Shown here one piece after another: positions 47,204-56,491 of a stretch of 64,000 bases of DNA. The position numbers and the translations under genes were made by a program. Each line of letters starts with the position of its first letter. The stretch's first letter is position 1. This stretch comes from an uncultured Micavibrio sp. (GTDB lineage: Bacteria; Pseudomonadota; Alphaproteobacteria; Micavibrionales; UBA1664), in assembly GCA_964531715.1 (NCBI GenBank), contig CAZHEE010000001.1, positions 284,573 through 348,572 of the forward strand, read 5' to 3'. The notes below the pieces were generated by a model. It worked only from the letters and a program-made list of their open reading frames with translations. It was not told where the DNA came from and ran no database searches.

Positions 47204-48790
47204 CTAAACAGCTTTTAAGATAACAGTAAAGCGTGCGCCTTTAGCATTCTCACGATTTTCGGCATAGATTTGACCATCATGGGCATCAATAATTTGCTTG
47301 CAAATCGCCAAGCCAAGCCCTGAATGATTGCCAAAGCTCTCACCTTCGGGACGTTCGGTATAAAAGCGGTCAAAAATTGCATTCAGTTTATTTTCAGGAA
47401 TGCCGGGGCCTTCATCCTCCACCATGAGGTGCCAATTTACCCCTTGCTTCTCAACCGTAATTTCAATTTTATCGGAAAAAGATTTCGCGTTTGAGAGCAA
47501 ATTTTCAAACACTTGCCCGAGGCGGATCTCAACCCCGCGAACCTTGATCGCCTCATGATTCGGCAAATTTAATTGACAGTTATAATACGCACATAAATCC
47601 TGCAATAGTGATTTGAGGTCAATTACATCCATATCCTCACGTGATAACTCGGCATCAAGGCGCGAGGATTTTGAAATATCGGTAATTAAGCGATCCAGCC
47701 GCTCAACATCATGGATAATGACCGCGAGTAATCGGTTTCTGTCTTCCTCATTTTTGACAATTGAGACTGTCTCAACGGCAGAGCGAAGCGATGTGAGTGG
47801 GTTTTTAAGCTCATGCGCGACATCCGCTGCAAAATGCTCAATAGAATCCAGCCTATTGGCCAACGCATCCGTCATGGATTTGAACGCCAGCGACAAATCG
47901 CCAATCTCATCCTTCCGCTTTGACAAATCAGGAATATCCGCGCCGCGCCCCAGATTGCGCTGCACCTGATTGGCGGCATTGGATAAGCGTTTAAGCGGCC
48001 TTGCAATCACGCCTGTCAAATAGAGCGAGAGCAAAAATGTCACACCAAGCGCAATAAAAAATGCAAAAACAATATCGCGCTGAGTCTGGCGAATGGCTTG
48101 ATTAAGCGGCGTGCCGTCTCGAGTGAGATACACCATACCCATTACGCGATCCATATTGCGCACAGGCACGGCGGCACTGAGCAACAGGCTGTTATTATTC
48201 AACCATGAAGAGGTTGAAATCTCACCTTCAATCGCGATTGCAACATCGGGATAAAGATAACCGCTGCGCATGGTTTGTTGCCCCGTCGGATACTCCTGAA
48301 GCTGGAGCGATGATGGCAATAAATCGAGGATAAAATCAAGCGAAGCCTCAACCGGCATATTGAGAAAACCCCCACGGCGCGAGGCCGGGCCGGTTTCAAT
48401 CACGCCGACAGGCCCGGAAAGCCAATCACTATCACCCATAATCCGCCCTGTAAAATCATAAAGGCGGATGCGGCTTGTCGTGGTTTGACCCAGCCGTTTA
48501 ATCATTTTTCGCGCGGGATATTGCGCCAGTTTCTCATGCCGGAAAATGCGCACGCCTTGACGCTGAGGGATGAGAATTGGGCCTTCAACCTGCGCGGCCT
48601 CGGCGATTGCACCTGCATAAATGCGTGCCTGCCGTTCCAGCGTTTGCAGCTCCCCCGCAATCAAATTCGTTTCATAACGCCCGAGGTAAATCAGCCCGAA
48701 AGCAAGCACCACCAGGGCGATACTATTCACCGCCAAAATTTTTAATGTCAGACGGGAGACAATTCTATCCTTATAGGAATGTTCATTCAT
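47204..48790 (-). CDS. chvG: Sensor histidine kinase ChvG/ExoS-like
   Basis: 528-aa ORF. The N-terminal [11 protein letters not shown]...periplasmic sensing region, the HAMP domain, the H-box ([16 protein letters not shown]) and the HATPase domain are present. It is coupled to the upstream regulator by an ATGA overlap. Confidence 0.75.
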   Translation of the reverse strand: MNEHSYKDRIVSRLTLKILAVNSIALVVLAFGLIYLGRYETNLIAGELQTLERQARIYAGAIAEAAQVEGPILIPQRQGVRIFRHEKLAQYPARKMIKRLGQTTTSRIRLYDFTGRIMGDSDWLSGPVGVIETGPASRRGGFLNMPVEASLDFILDLLPSSLQLQEYPTGQQTMRSGYLYPDVAIAIEGEISTSSWLNNNSLLLSAAVPVRNMDRVMGMVYLTRDGTPLNQAIRQTQRDIVFAFFIALGVTFLLSLYLTGVIARPLKRLSNAANQVQRNLGRGADIPDLSKRKDEIGDLSLAFKSMTDALANRLDSIEHFAADVAHELKNPLTSLRSAVETVSIVKNEEDRNRLLAVIIHDVERLDRLITDISKSSRLDAELSREDMDVIDLKSLLQDLCAYYNCQLNLPNHEAIKVRGVEIRLGQVFENLLSNAKSFSDKIEITVEKQGVNWHLMVEDEGPGIPENKLNAIFDRFYTERPEGESFGNHSGLGLAICKQIIDAHDGQIYAENRENAKGARFTVILKAV

Positions 48791-49494
48791 TCCTTATATT
48801 TATAGCCGACACCATAGACCGTGTCGATATGGTCGAAATCATCGTCAACCGCCTTGAATTTCTTACGGATGCGTTTGATATGGCTGTCAATCGTGCGGTC
48901 ATCAACATAAATCGCATCGCCATAGGCAATATCCATGAGCGAATCGCGGCTTTTGACATGCCCGGGGCGCACTGCCAAGGCCTTGACTAAGAGGAATTCT
49001 GTAATTGTGAGGGAAACCTCATCCCCCTTCCAAGTACATAAATGGCGGTCTTCATCCAATGTCAAATGCCCCTGTTGAATAACACTCTGGCTGTCAGGAT
49101 TGTCATTGGCAACCGCGCGCATTTCATTGCGTCTCAAAATAGCACGGATACGCTCTATCAAAAGACGTTGCGAAAATGGTTTTGTAATATAATCATCGGC
49201 ACCCATGCGAAGCCCGAGAACCTGATCAATCTCATCATCTTTTGAAGTCAGGAAAATGAGCGGCACAGCGGATGTCTCACGAATTTTGGTCAGAACCTCC
49301 ATCCCGTCCATGCGCGGCATTTTAATGTCGGAAACAATCAAGTCAACAGGGTTGAGTGCGATACCTTTAACGGCGGTTTCGCCCTCCATATAGGTTTTGA
49401 CATCAAACCCTTCGGCCTCCAACGCCATGGACACGGAGGTAAGGATATTACGGTCATCATCAATTAAAGCGATTTTTGTTTGTGGCTCTGTCAT
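48787..49494 (-). CDS. chvI: OmpR-family response regulator ChvI-like
   Basis: 235-aa [26 protein letters not shown] is characteristic of ChvI, and a winged-helix C-terminus is present. Confidence 0.75.
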   Translation of the reverse strand: MTEPQTKIALIDDDRNILTSVSMALEAEGFDVKTYMEGETAVKGIALNPVDLIVSDIKMPRMDGMEVLTKIRETSAVPLIFLTSKDDEIDQVLGLRMGADDYITKPFSQRLLIERIRAILRRNEMRAVANDNPDSQSVIQQGHLTLDEDRHLCTWKGDEVSLTITEFLLVKALAVRPGHVKSRDSLMDIAYGDAIYVDDRTIDSHIKRIRKKFKAVDDDFDHIDTVYGVGYKYKE

Positions 49495-49559
49495 TGGTTT
49501 TCATCCTTTATATATGATGATGTAGGATAAACAAAGCTTTACGGCAAGATTATGGTGAG

Positions 49560-49585
49560 CAATAAAAAACCGCCCGAAGGCGATT
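49560..49585 (-). terminator. Rho-independent terminator with a UUCG-type loop
   Basis: The minus strand reads atcgcc-ttcg-ggcggt followed by tttttatt. Confidence 0.6.
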
Positions 49586-49654
49586 TCTTAACGCGAAGTA
49601 CGCAAAGTTTTAAAGAAGTTGTCGCGAAGACAGGATATTATCATTTCAAACTAA

Positions 49655-49692
49655 TAAAAAAACGGAGGGAACTTATTTTTCCAGTCTCTCCG
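49655..49692 (-). terminator. Rho-independent terminator of the 75-aa gene
   Basis: An 8-bp stem (cggaggga/tctctccg, one G-U pair) is followed on the minus strand by a T run. It lies about 20 nt after the stop at 49710. Confidence 0.5.
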
Positions 49693-49709
49693 CTTTATTT
49701 TAATCTATA

Positions 49710-49937
49710 TTATGGTCTTGCGCCAGGGCGTTGTTGGTGACTACGAACCACTGCTTCAATCTGAACAGGATGCCCAGTCATTTCAGTTAACACTGCATCA
49801 ATAGAACGGCCTGTTTCACGCGCTTCACTAACCACCATTTTAGCGGATTTACCGAAAGCTTTACATACTGCTTCTACAATAGGGTTTTCACTCAAAAATC
49901 TCCGCGTTGATTTATTTATATCTACCATTTGTTGCAT
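49710..49937 (-). CDS. Hypothetical 75-aa protein
   Basis: ATG-initiated ORF with a long AT-rich upstream region and its own terminator. No family recognised. Confidence 0.45.
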   Translation of the reverse strand: MQQMVDINKSTRRFLSENPIVEAVCKAFGKSAKMVVSEARETGRSIDAVLTEMTGHPVQIEAVVRSHQQRPGARP

Positions 49938-50315
49938 TTTATTTCTCCCTTGTTTAACAATTTATTAACGTTATGTAATTATTAAAACATGACAAGCAAT
50001 ATAATTTCAATAACTTTATTTAAATTATACGAAAATTGTTTTCTTGCAATTTTATGAGCTTTTAGCTATAATTTGCGCAAGAATTAAGAAGATTAATAGC
50101 TTTGTTGTTATTTTCCAAATTAATAATAAAATTTAGCTAACAAATTATAAACTATTCTATTTATATATATTTTACTGTGAGTTAACTTGCTTAAATTATA
50201 CTTAAATATTATCAACATGTAATTGTAACTATAGAATTATAGAAGAAAAAAATTATGACAGGCGGGTTTGATTTTTCAAACTTCCTCGGCACAGGAACGA
50301 AGAATTAATTTTAAG

Positions 50316-50523
50316 CGCAGAGTTTGAGAGTGCAAGGAGTTGTTTGTATAAATATTACGTCATTGCCTGAATCTCGATAGAGATTCTAAGGCAATCCATT
50401 TCATAGATTTTTAACATTTCTGGATTCCCTTAGAATTTGATAAATCAAATTTAGGAATGACGTATCTTTTTTTATTTAGAAACGACTATAGTAATTTAAC
50501 TCTTATAACTCCCTAACTCTGCG
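50316..50523. repeat. Composite repeat: 26-bp imperfect inverted repeats (CGCAGAGTT..GAGTT..GAGTT module) flanking an inner MITE
   Basis: 50316-50341 (cgcagagtttgagagtgcaaggagtt) compares with the reverse complement of 50498-50523 (cgcagagttagggagttataagagtt). The same module recurs at 51233-51258. Confidence 0.55.
50358..50462. repeat. MITE-like palindromic element (CGTCATTGCC...AGGAATGACG)
   Basis: Terminal inverted repeats cgtcattgcc / aggaatgacg, internal hairpins, and a ccatttcatagat core. Confidence 0.7.
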
Positions 50524-50550
50524 ATAAATCTGATTAAAAATCTCTGCCGC

Positions 50551-50587
50551 AAAATAAAAACCCGCATAAAGCGGGCTTTTTTTTATT
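50551..50587 (-). terminator. Rho-independent (bidirectional-looking) terminator of rplS
   Basis: cccgc-ataaa-gcggg is flanked by A-run and T-run sequence, about 20 nt after the rplS stop. Confidence 0.8.
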
Positions 50588-50604
50588 CTATGAATTTTTA
50601 GGAA

Positions 50605-51000
50605 TTACTTCTTTTTCTCTTCGCGTTTTTCGATACCGTGACCTGTTTTACGCTCTGCAATACGGGCGGATTTACCGCGACGGTCGCGCATATAGTAAAG
50701 CTTCGCACGGCGAACAGCACCGCGGCGAACCAGCTCAATCGACTCTAAACGCGGTGAGTATAGGGGAAATACACGCTCAACACCTTCACCATAGGAGATT
50801 TTACGAACCGTGAATGTTTCATTCATGCCGCCGCCATTACGGGCGATGCAAACACCTTCATAGGCCTGAACACGTTCGCGTGTTCCTTCCTTCACTTTCA
50901 CATTGACGCGCAGTGTGTCACCGGCGGAAAAGTCAGGGATATTTTTATCGGCAGAAAGCTGTTCAAGTTGCTTCGCCTCGAATTTCTGGAGAATATTCAT
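50605..51000 (-). CDS. rplS: 50S ribosomal protein L19
   Basis: 131-aa ORF with the pattern [30 protein letters not shown]...[16 protein letters not shown]. Confidence 0.95.
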   Translation of the reverse strand: MNILQKFEAKQLEQLSADKNIPDFSAGDTLRVNVKVKEGTRERVQAYEGVCIARNGGGMNETFTVRKISYGEGVERVFPLYSPRLESIELVRRGAVRRAKLYYMRDRRGKSARIAERKTGHGIEKREEKKK

Positions 51001-51177
51001 CGTTTTAATCTTTCTTTTGTATAAGGCCCGAATTCCACGATGCAGGGATGAAACATAACATCACAGGCGGCCTGTTTTATCTTTAAAATTAACGGTTATG
51101 GCTTTATGCCTTATAATCATTACATTTTGCAAGGTATTTTTTACAGGAAGGCGCGAAGTCGCTAAGGTTTTACTCTT

Positions 51178-51332
51178 CGTCATTGCACATTTCATTCATG
51201 AATACGTGCAATCCAGATTATAACTTTTTAATCGCAGAGTTTTAGAGTTTTAAGAGTTTTGCCATCACTCCGTATGACCGCCCCTCCGTAAAATCATTTT
51301 TGCGGATTGCATGGTCAAGCCATGCAATGACG
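51178..51332. repeat. MITE-like palindromic element (CGTCATTGCA...TGCAATGACG)
   Basis: 10-bp terminal inverted repeats, hairpins at both ends, the acatttcattcatga core and an internal CGCAGAGTT module. It lies between rplS and trmD. Confidence 0.75.
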
Positions 51333-51393
51333 AATTTAAATAAAACCCTAACCTTTCTGTGAATGATTACTATAGTTATTTATAAACAGAAAG

Positions 51394-51508
51394 CGTCATT
51401 GCGAGGGAGCCCCCTGCCTTCGCAGAGGGCAGGCTTTGCGACCGCGGCAATCCATAGGATGTTAAAGATCGTATGGATTGCTTCGTCACTCCGTTCCTCG
51501 CAATGACG
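51394..51508. repeat. MITE-like palindromic element (CGTCATTGCGAGG...CCTCGCAATGACG)
   Basis: Perfect 13-bp terminal inverted repeats and internal hairpins (gccctctgcgaaggcaggg-type, ggcaatccata...tatggattgc). Confidence 0.85.
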
Positions 51509-51527
51509 GAATATTTTGTATGCATTT

Positions 51528-52253
51528 TTATTTAGAAATAACTATATCAAGCAAATCAGGGCGGCGGGATTGTGTCAGCTCCAATGACTGCGCCGCCCGC
51601 CATTGATTAATTTTACCATGATTGCCTGAGCGGAGAACCTCTGGAACGTCATGCGTTTGGCCATGCGCATCCTTCCACTCGGCTGGCTTTGTATAATGCG
51701 GATATTCGAGGAGGCCGTTTGAAAAGCTCTCATCACCCGCCGTATTTTCATTCCCCATCACACCAGGGAGCAGGCGGATAACGGCATCCAGCATAATAAT
51801 CGCGGCAGGCTCCCCCCCGCTTAAAACATAATCACCAATCGAGATTTCCTCAATATCATAAGCATCCAAAAAGCGTTGATCGACACCTTCATATCGCCCG
51901 CAGAGGATAGTCAGATTTTCCTCGCTGGATAAATCTTGGACTAGATTTTGGTCGAGCACGCGTCCGCGCGGTGACATGTAAATCAGCCTACCGCGTTTCT
52001 CCTCAGGGATTGAGAGCAAGCTGTTTTCCAAGACATCAGGGCGTAAGACCATCCCCGCACCGCCGCCATAGGGCGTGTCATCTACGGTTGCGTGCTTATC
52101 ATGCGCATGGTCGCGCGGGTTGATGGTTTTATAAGACCAAATGCCGTTTTCCAACGCCCGCCCGCTTAAAGATTGCCCTAGGCTCCCCGGAAACATATCG
52201 GGAAAAAGGGTGATGAGGTTAAGTTGTAAAGAAAAAATGTTATCTATAGACAT
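51528..52253 (-). CDS. trmD: tRNA (guanine37-N1)-methyltransferase
   Basis: TrmD motifs are present (ITLFPDMFPG, YGGGAGMV, CGRYEGVDQR, GDYVLSGGE). The ATG at 52253 (MSIDNIF) is preferred, since the ORF-track start at 52382 adds 43 aa that do not resemble TrmD. Confidence 0.9.
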   Translation of the reverse strand: MSIDNIFSLQLNLITLFPDMFPGSLGQSLSGRALENGIWSYKTINPRDHAHDKHATVDDTPYGGGAGMVLRPDVLENSLLSIPEEKRGRLIYMSPRGRVLDQNLVQDLSSEENLTILCGRYEGVDQRFLDAYDIEEISIGDYVLSGGEPAAIIMLDAVIRLLPGVMGNENTAGDESFSNGLLEYPHYTKPAEWKDAHGQTHDVPEVLRSGNHGKINQWRAAQSLELTQSRRPDLLDIVISK

Positions 52254-52281
52254 AATACTTAAAGTTTGGTAATTTATTACT

Positions 52282-52965
52282 ATGAGTGTAGTCCATAACC
52301 TTGAAGCTAATCTAGTCACAAATACACGAGACCAAGCAATAGATGTTTTCCAAAAAATTATAAGTGCGATACCAATAAACAAAAGAATTGTTCTTGCTGT
52401 ACAGGGGTCGGAGGCATGCGGGAAATCTTTGGCATCAGATAGTATGCTTCATTATTTGGATGATGATCGCAATCCAAAAGAAATTCCTAATGACGGAAAG
52501 TCAGTTTTAGAAAAGGAAAGTGGCGATGTTATGGGTAGGGCGCAAAGTGTTATTATATATCATAATGATGTTCTTGTCCGTTTTACTATAGCGAAAAATA
52601 TCAAAGATGTTGAAAATTTAGAAGAATTTGATGGGCCAGATATCATTGTATTTCTTCAATCATGGAAAACTGTTTTACCAGATAATTTGAAGCCAGATGT
52701 CGTTATAGAAATGAAAAACATTTCAAGTTTCCTTGAGGTTATTGCTACAAGTAATGGTAAACCAAGGCATGATGTTAAAAGAGGAATAAAAATTAACGTT
52801 CGAAATATTGATTTAGAAAGACACCTTTCACCAGTTTTGAAGCAATTACGCAGAGAATCCATAAGAAGAGAAAAAGGACTCCTTGCAGAAGTTTTTCATA
52901 TGCTTGGAGTATACGATCCAGACTTGTCACCTCCGCCTAGACAATTTCGGGTATTCGGACGGTGA
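52282..52965 (+). CDS. Orphan P-loop (Walker A) protein inserted antisense between trmD and rimM
   Basis: 227-aa ATG-initiated ORF in visibly AT-rich DNA with Walker A-like GSEACGKS. It is divergent from trmD (28-nt gap) and its 3' end overlaps the rimM 3' end by 29 nt. Confidence 0.5.
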   Translation: MSVVHNLEANLVTNTRDQAIDVFQKIISAIPINKRIVLAVQGSEACGKSLASDSMLHYLDDDRNPKEIPNDGKSVLEKESGDVMGRAQSVIIYHNDVLVRFTIAKNIKDVENLEEFDGPDIIVFLQSWKTVLPDNLKPDVVIEMKNISSFLEVIATSNGKPRHDVKRGIKINVRNIDLERHLSPVLKQLRRESIRREKGLLAEVFHMLGVYDPDLSPPPRQFRVFGR

Positions 52966-53446
52966 TTTTATGCTCAACATCCAAAACCGTATTCTCATCA
53001 TAAGACAGATAAAAGTTTTGACCTTGGGTTGGCTTAATATCGAGAAGGTCTCCCGCGCCGAAATTCTCCACTGCGGTGACAATGCCAACTTCATCGCCAT
53101 TCTCACTAACGCATAATTTGCCGATAAGATCGGTGAGGTAAATTTCATCGGCATCAGGTTCGGGCATTTGGTCGCGCTCAATATAAAGCTTCGTTCCTTT
53201 GAGTGCATCGGCGTCTTCTTTATTACTGACACCGACAATATGACCAAGCCATGTATCGCCTTTATGCCTATTTTTCATATGTATAATATAACTTTTTAAG
53301 TTTTTAAATAAGCTTGTGTCCTCAACAAAAACACGAATACGCACAAGGCCTTTAACCCCATGCGCACCCTTTATTTCCCCGATGAGAATGGCATCTCCCT
53401 CGCAAGAGTGATTATTATGGATATTGTCAGAAATACTGTGCATCAC
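52937..53446 (-). CDS. rimM: 16S rRNA processing protein RimM
   Basis: 169-aa ORF with the pattern IGEIKGAHGVKGLVRIRVF and a PRC-barrel C-terminus. It lies upstream of trmD as in the rpsP-rimM-trmD-rplS cluster. Confidence 0.85.
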   Translation of the reverse strand: MMHSISDNIHNNHSCEGDAILIGEIKGAHGVKGLVRIRVFVEDTSLFKNLKSYIIHMKNRHKGDTWLGHIVGVSNKEDADALKGTKLYIERDQMPEPDADEIYLTDLIGKLCVSENGDEVGIVTAVENFGAGDLLDIKPTQGQNFYLSYDENTVLDVEHKITVRIPEIV

Positions 53447-53643
53447 ATCTCTATATTATTAAAAACTTTTATTATTAAAATATAAAAAGCTTTAGCGTAT
53501 TTATATTCTGTATTCTTATAACATTGTATCTAAATTTAGGGACGACTGCTAACTTATTTAAAGTCAGGTATCAGTCCCATATATAATTCTGCTTATGTTT
53601 GAGGTTTTTTTCATAAGCCTAATTAAAATAAAAATGGCAGGTC

Positions 53644-53991
53644 ATGATTGACGCCGTGCGAACGGGTGCGTGCAAGCTTTCCCTCAAACCTGATCATGCT
53701 ATTGTGAATGAATATGAACCGGGGCAAGGCATTTCCGCGCGTGTCGATTGCGTACCCTGTTATGACGATACAATTGCCATCCTGAGCCTCGGCTCCAGTG
53801 CGGTCATGCAATTCATCAATTGTAACGAAATGCAGGAGAGCTATCTGGAGCCGCGCCGCCTGATCGTGCTCTCCGGCGAGGCGCGTTTTCGCTGGATGCA
53901 TGCGATCCCGGCCCGAAAACCCGATATGGTCGGCGGCTTTAAAATTGAGCGCAAACGGCGCGTTTCTCTCACCTTCCGAAAGATTATTTAA
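53644..53991 (+). pseudogene. AlkB-like 2OG-Fe(II) dioxygenase, C-terminal fragment
   Basis: 115 aa covers only the C-terminal half (VNEYEPGQGIS.RVD...RFRWMHAI...RVSLTFRKI). The first iron-ligand His of the HxD motif reads Arg (ARVD). E. coli AlkB is 216 aa. Confidence 0.55.
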
Positions 53992-54154
53992 GGTGCAGTA
54001 TATTGCCGCTTATAACCTATAATAAGCACGTTCGTGCATTTTAAAGCAGCACCCACCTATAAGACTGCATTCTTTATGGGAAACGGCTATCATAGAGCCA
54101 GCCATTTCTGGCTCTTCTTATATAATCCTTGCAAAATATACCAAGTTTGATATA

Positions 54155-54484
54155 ATGAATAAGTGGACTGTAGAAGTTTTAAATGAAACTGTGAGGGCAG
54201 AACTTAAAAGTTTGCCTGCTGATGTTAATGCGAAACTAAAGCATATCATTGAATTGATTGCGATATTTGGCCTTGAAAACGTCCACGAGCCTTACATCAA
54301 GCATATCGAGGGTAAAATCTGGGAAATGCGGATGAAAGGCAAAGATAATATAGGCCGCGCACTATATGTGACGGCAAAAGGCAAACGGGTTGTTATCCTG
54401 CATGCCTTTATTAAGAAGACACAAAAAACGCCAAATAAAGCCAAGAAACTGGCCCAACAGCGTCTTAAGGAGTTAAAAGAATGA
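54155..54484 (+). CDS. HigB/RelE-superfamily toxin (Gp49-like, DUF891 type)
   Basis: 109-aa ORF with the pattern K...L...G......P....I.GKIWEMR......R.LY......VILHAFIKKTQKTP. It has an ATGA overlap with the downstream HTH gene. Confidence 0.75.
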   Translation: MNKWTVEVLNETVRAELKSLPADVNAKLKHIIELIAIFGLENVHEPYIKHIEGKIWEMRMKGKDNIGRALYVTAKGKRVVILHAFIKKTQKTPNKAKKLAQQRLKELKE

Positions 54485-54774
54485 CCATACCTTTTGATAA
54501 AATTGCCAAAGAATGGGAAAAAGATCCAGAGTTTAGAAAAGCTTATAAAGAGCTTGAACCTGAATTCGCGCTCGCACGTTCTCTGATTGAAGCCCGCGTG
54601 CGTGCCGGGCTGACTCAAGGGGAGCTTGCAGATAAAATGGGAACCTCCCAGCCTTCTATCGCGCGCCTTGAAAGCGGCCATAAGCCAAGTCTCAAAACAT
54701 TGGAGCGCGTCGCGGAAATGACCGGGTCCAAATTGATGATTCAGCTGGTGCCACAAGACACGCAGCGCGCATAA
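54481..54774 (+). CDS. XRE-family HTH antitoxin (HigA-like)
   Basis: 97-aa ORF with the HTH GLTQGELADKMGTSQPSIARLESG. It is coupled to the toxin gene. Confidence 0.75.
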   Translation: MTIPFDKIAKEWEKDPEFRKAYKELEPEFALARSLIEARVRAGLTQGELADKMGTSQPSIARLESGHKPSLKTLERVAEMTGSKLMIQLVPQDTQRA

Positions 54775-54813
54775 ACAAAAGCCTCCTTAGTCTTAAATTT
54801 AAACTTACGGCGA

Positions 54814-55329
54814 CTAGAGGGCTTTATTTTGCCAGGGTCTGGGCGGGATGAGAGTGCCGGTGATGGGCGCGGCGTTATGATCCAGCATGACTGATTGCCA
54901 TGCTCCATCCCATTCGGCGGGAAGGTCATAGGACGGCTTGATGTCCCTCTCAGTTTCGAACCCATACCGGCCATAAAAATCCGGATCACCCAGGACACAG
55001 ACCTTTGCAATGCCACGCAGTTTCATTGCCTCAAACCCGCCCTGAATAAGCGCGCGGCCAATACCCTGACCTTGCCGGTCTGGCAAAACGCCCAGCGGCC
55101 CGAGCAGCCCGACTTGACCCGCGCTCCCCTCAACCGCGCAGAGTGTGAAAACCACATGACCGATAATCTCATCTCCCACTACCGCAACCAGCGATAAAAT
55201 ATCCTTGCCCTCATGCAGCAAATCCCGTACCAGCGGTTGTAAATTCTCCTCCGGGAATATCGCCGGATAGATACCAACAATCGCAGCGGCTTCTTCTGGC
55301 GTGCTTGGGCGGATGGAATATACGGTCAT
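54814..55329 (-). CDS. GNAT family N-acetyltransferase
   Basis: 171-aa ORF with the acetyl-CoA binding pattern LGVLPDRQGQGIGRALI. Confidence 0.8.
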   Translation of the reverse strand: MTVYSIRPSTPEEAAAIVGIYPAIFPEENLQPLVRDLLHEGKDILSLVAVVGDEIIGHVVFTLCAVEGSAGQVGLLGPLGVLPDRQGQGIGRALIQGGFEAMKLRGIAKVCVLGDPDFYGRYGFETERDIKPSYDLPAEWDGAWQSVMLDHNAAPITGTLIPPRPWQNKAL

Positions 55330-55338
55330 TTTTTCCTC

Positions 55339-56150
55339 TTAACAGCTTTCGTTGTCGGCAACACGGAATGCGTTTCGCATCATTCCTATTTCGCGGGAAG
55401 AGAATTTAAGCTCCTTTGCCAGCGCCTGCCACTCACGAACAGATGAAATGACTTCTTTTAGTATTGCATCTCTGCGCTCTTCAGAAATTCTGAAAATCTC
55501 CGCTATGCTTTTAAGCAGCACAATATCCTGGCTGTTATCTTCCCGTGAGATATATAGTGACAATCCGTTTCCAGTCGGAACAGGGTTCATATCATAGGCC
55601 GTTGAGAGCACCCAGCCCTGCGGCGTGAGTAGTCGACCTCGTCCTCGGCATGTTCTTGCTCCAGCTTTAAGCTTGCATGTTCAAGCACGCGCAGTTTTGT
55701 CCATGGCGGCGCAGCCATATCCGTATGATCGTCCAAAAAAGGGCCGTCATTCGTCAATCTAAAGCGCAGAGCGCCCATGCGGTGGCCGTCATAAACGCCG
55801 AGCAGGTAATCAGACTCCATAAGCGGGCGCATAGCGCGCTCTTCTGCCTTTGCCTTTTGGGCTTCGCGTCGCTGCATCAATACACGCCCCCAACGGTCCG
55901 GCGAAGAGTCCAGAAAAACACCGAAATTATCGCGGCTTTCTCTTGTGTATTGCGGCCCCTCAAACAAACCCAGCTCAGGGTCAAGAACTTGCGCATGTTT
56001 GGATTTTAACCAGGCCGGATCATACTCAAAAGAAAACACCTCTTTCCCTCTAACCGGTGCGGCATAAAGCGTTCCCATAAGCACAGGCTCATCCATGCCC
56101 ACCCAATGCGCGCAAACCTGAATCGCTTTTTGTATTTGTTTCTTGCTCAT
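55339..56150 (-). pseudogene. hipA: hipA-family toxin gene with internal deletion and frameshift
   Basis: The 187-aa ORF is the HipA N-terminal region (FLDSSPDRWGRVLMQRRE..DYLLGVYDGHRMGALRF). The 90-aa ORF in another frame is the extreme C-terminus (GWVLSTAYDMNP...). The P-loop and catalytic-loop segment between them is missing. E. coli HipA is 440 aa. Confidence 0.75.
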
Positions 56151-56170
56151 ACCATCACCTGCATGCTCGC

Positions 56171-56491
56171 TTATGTTTCTTTTTTGGGCGCGCGTTCTTT
56201 CGTATGTGTCAGCTCTGCATCTTGTAAGCGCCGTCCCAATGGGTCATCTTTTCCAAGAAATTGCAGGTCTTTTTCCAAACCCAGGCAGAACAAAACACTG
56301 GCATAGGCTCCCATCGTCACGCTGCTTTCGCCGTTTTCAATTTTGCGCAATGTTGCCCTGTTCATGCCCGCTCTTTCCGCAAGCATGGTTGTCGTGATTT
56401 TTCGGCGCAATCGCGCCAGCTTTATGTTCTCGCCCACCTCTTTGAGAATATCTTCAACAAAAGGCGGCAGGGCGGCTGTTTTTCTTGGCAT
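56171..56491 (-). CDS. HipB-like XRE-family HTH protein
   Basis: HTH TTTMLAERAGMNRATLRKIENGE. The ATG at 56491 (MPRKTA) is preferred. It ends 20 nt upstream of the hipA remnant. Confidence 0.7.
   Translation of the reverse strand: MPRKTAALPPFVEDILKEVGENIKLARLRRKITTTMLAERAGMNRATLRKIENGESSVTMGAYASVLFCLGLEKDLQFLGKDDPLGRRLQDAELTHTKERAPKKET

Noticed and set aside
9186-51508. Considered whether the recurring palindromic repeats could be a CRISPR array
   Set aside because: The copies are dispersed over tens of kb, differ in length and sequence, are individually palindromic with terminal inverted repeats, and lack regular repeat-spacer periodicity. No cas genes were seen.
52254-52382. The 43-aa N-terminal extension of trmD in the ORF track
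   Set aside because: The hydrophobic, non-TrmD-like sequence overlaps the orphan gene start. The conserved TrmD sequence begins right after the ATG at 52253.
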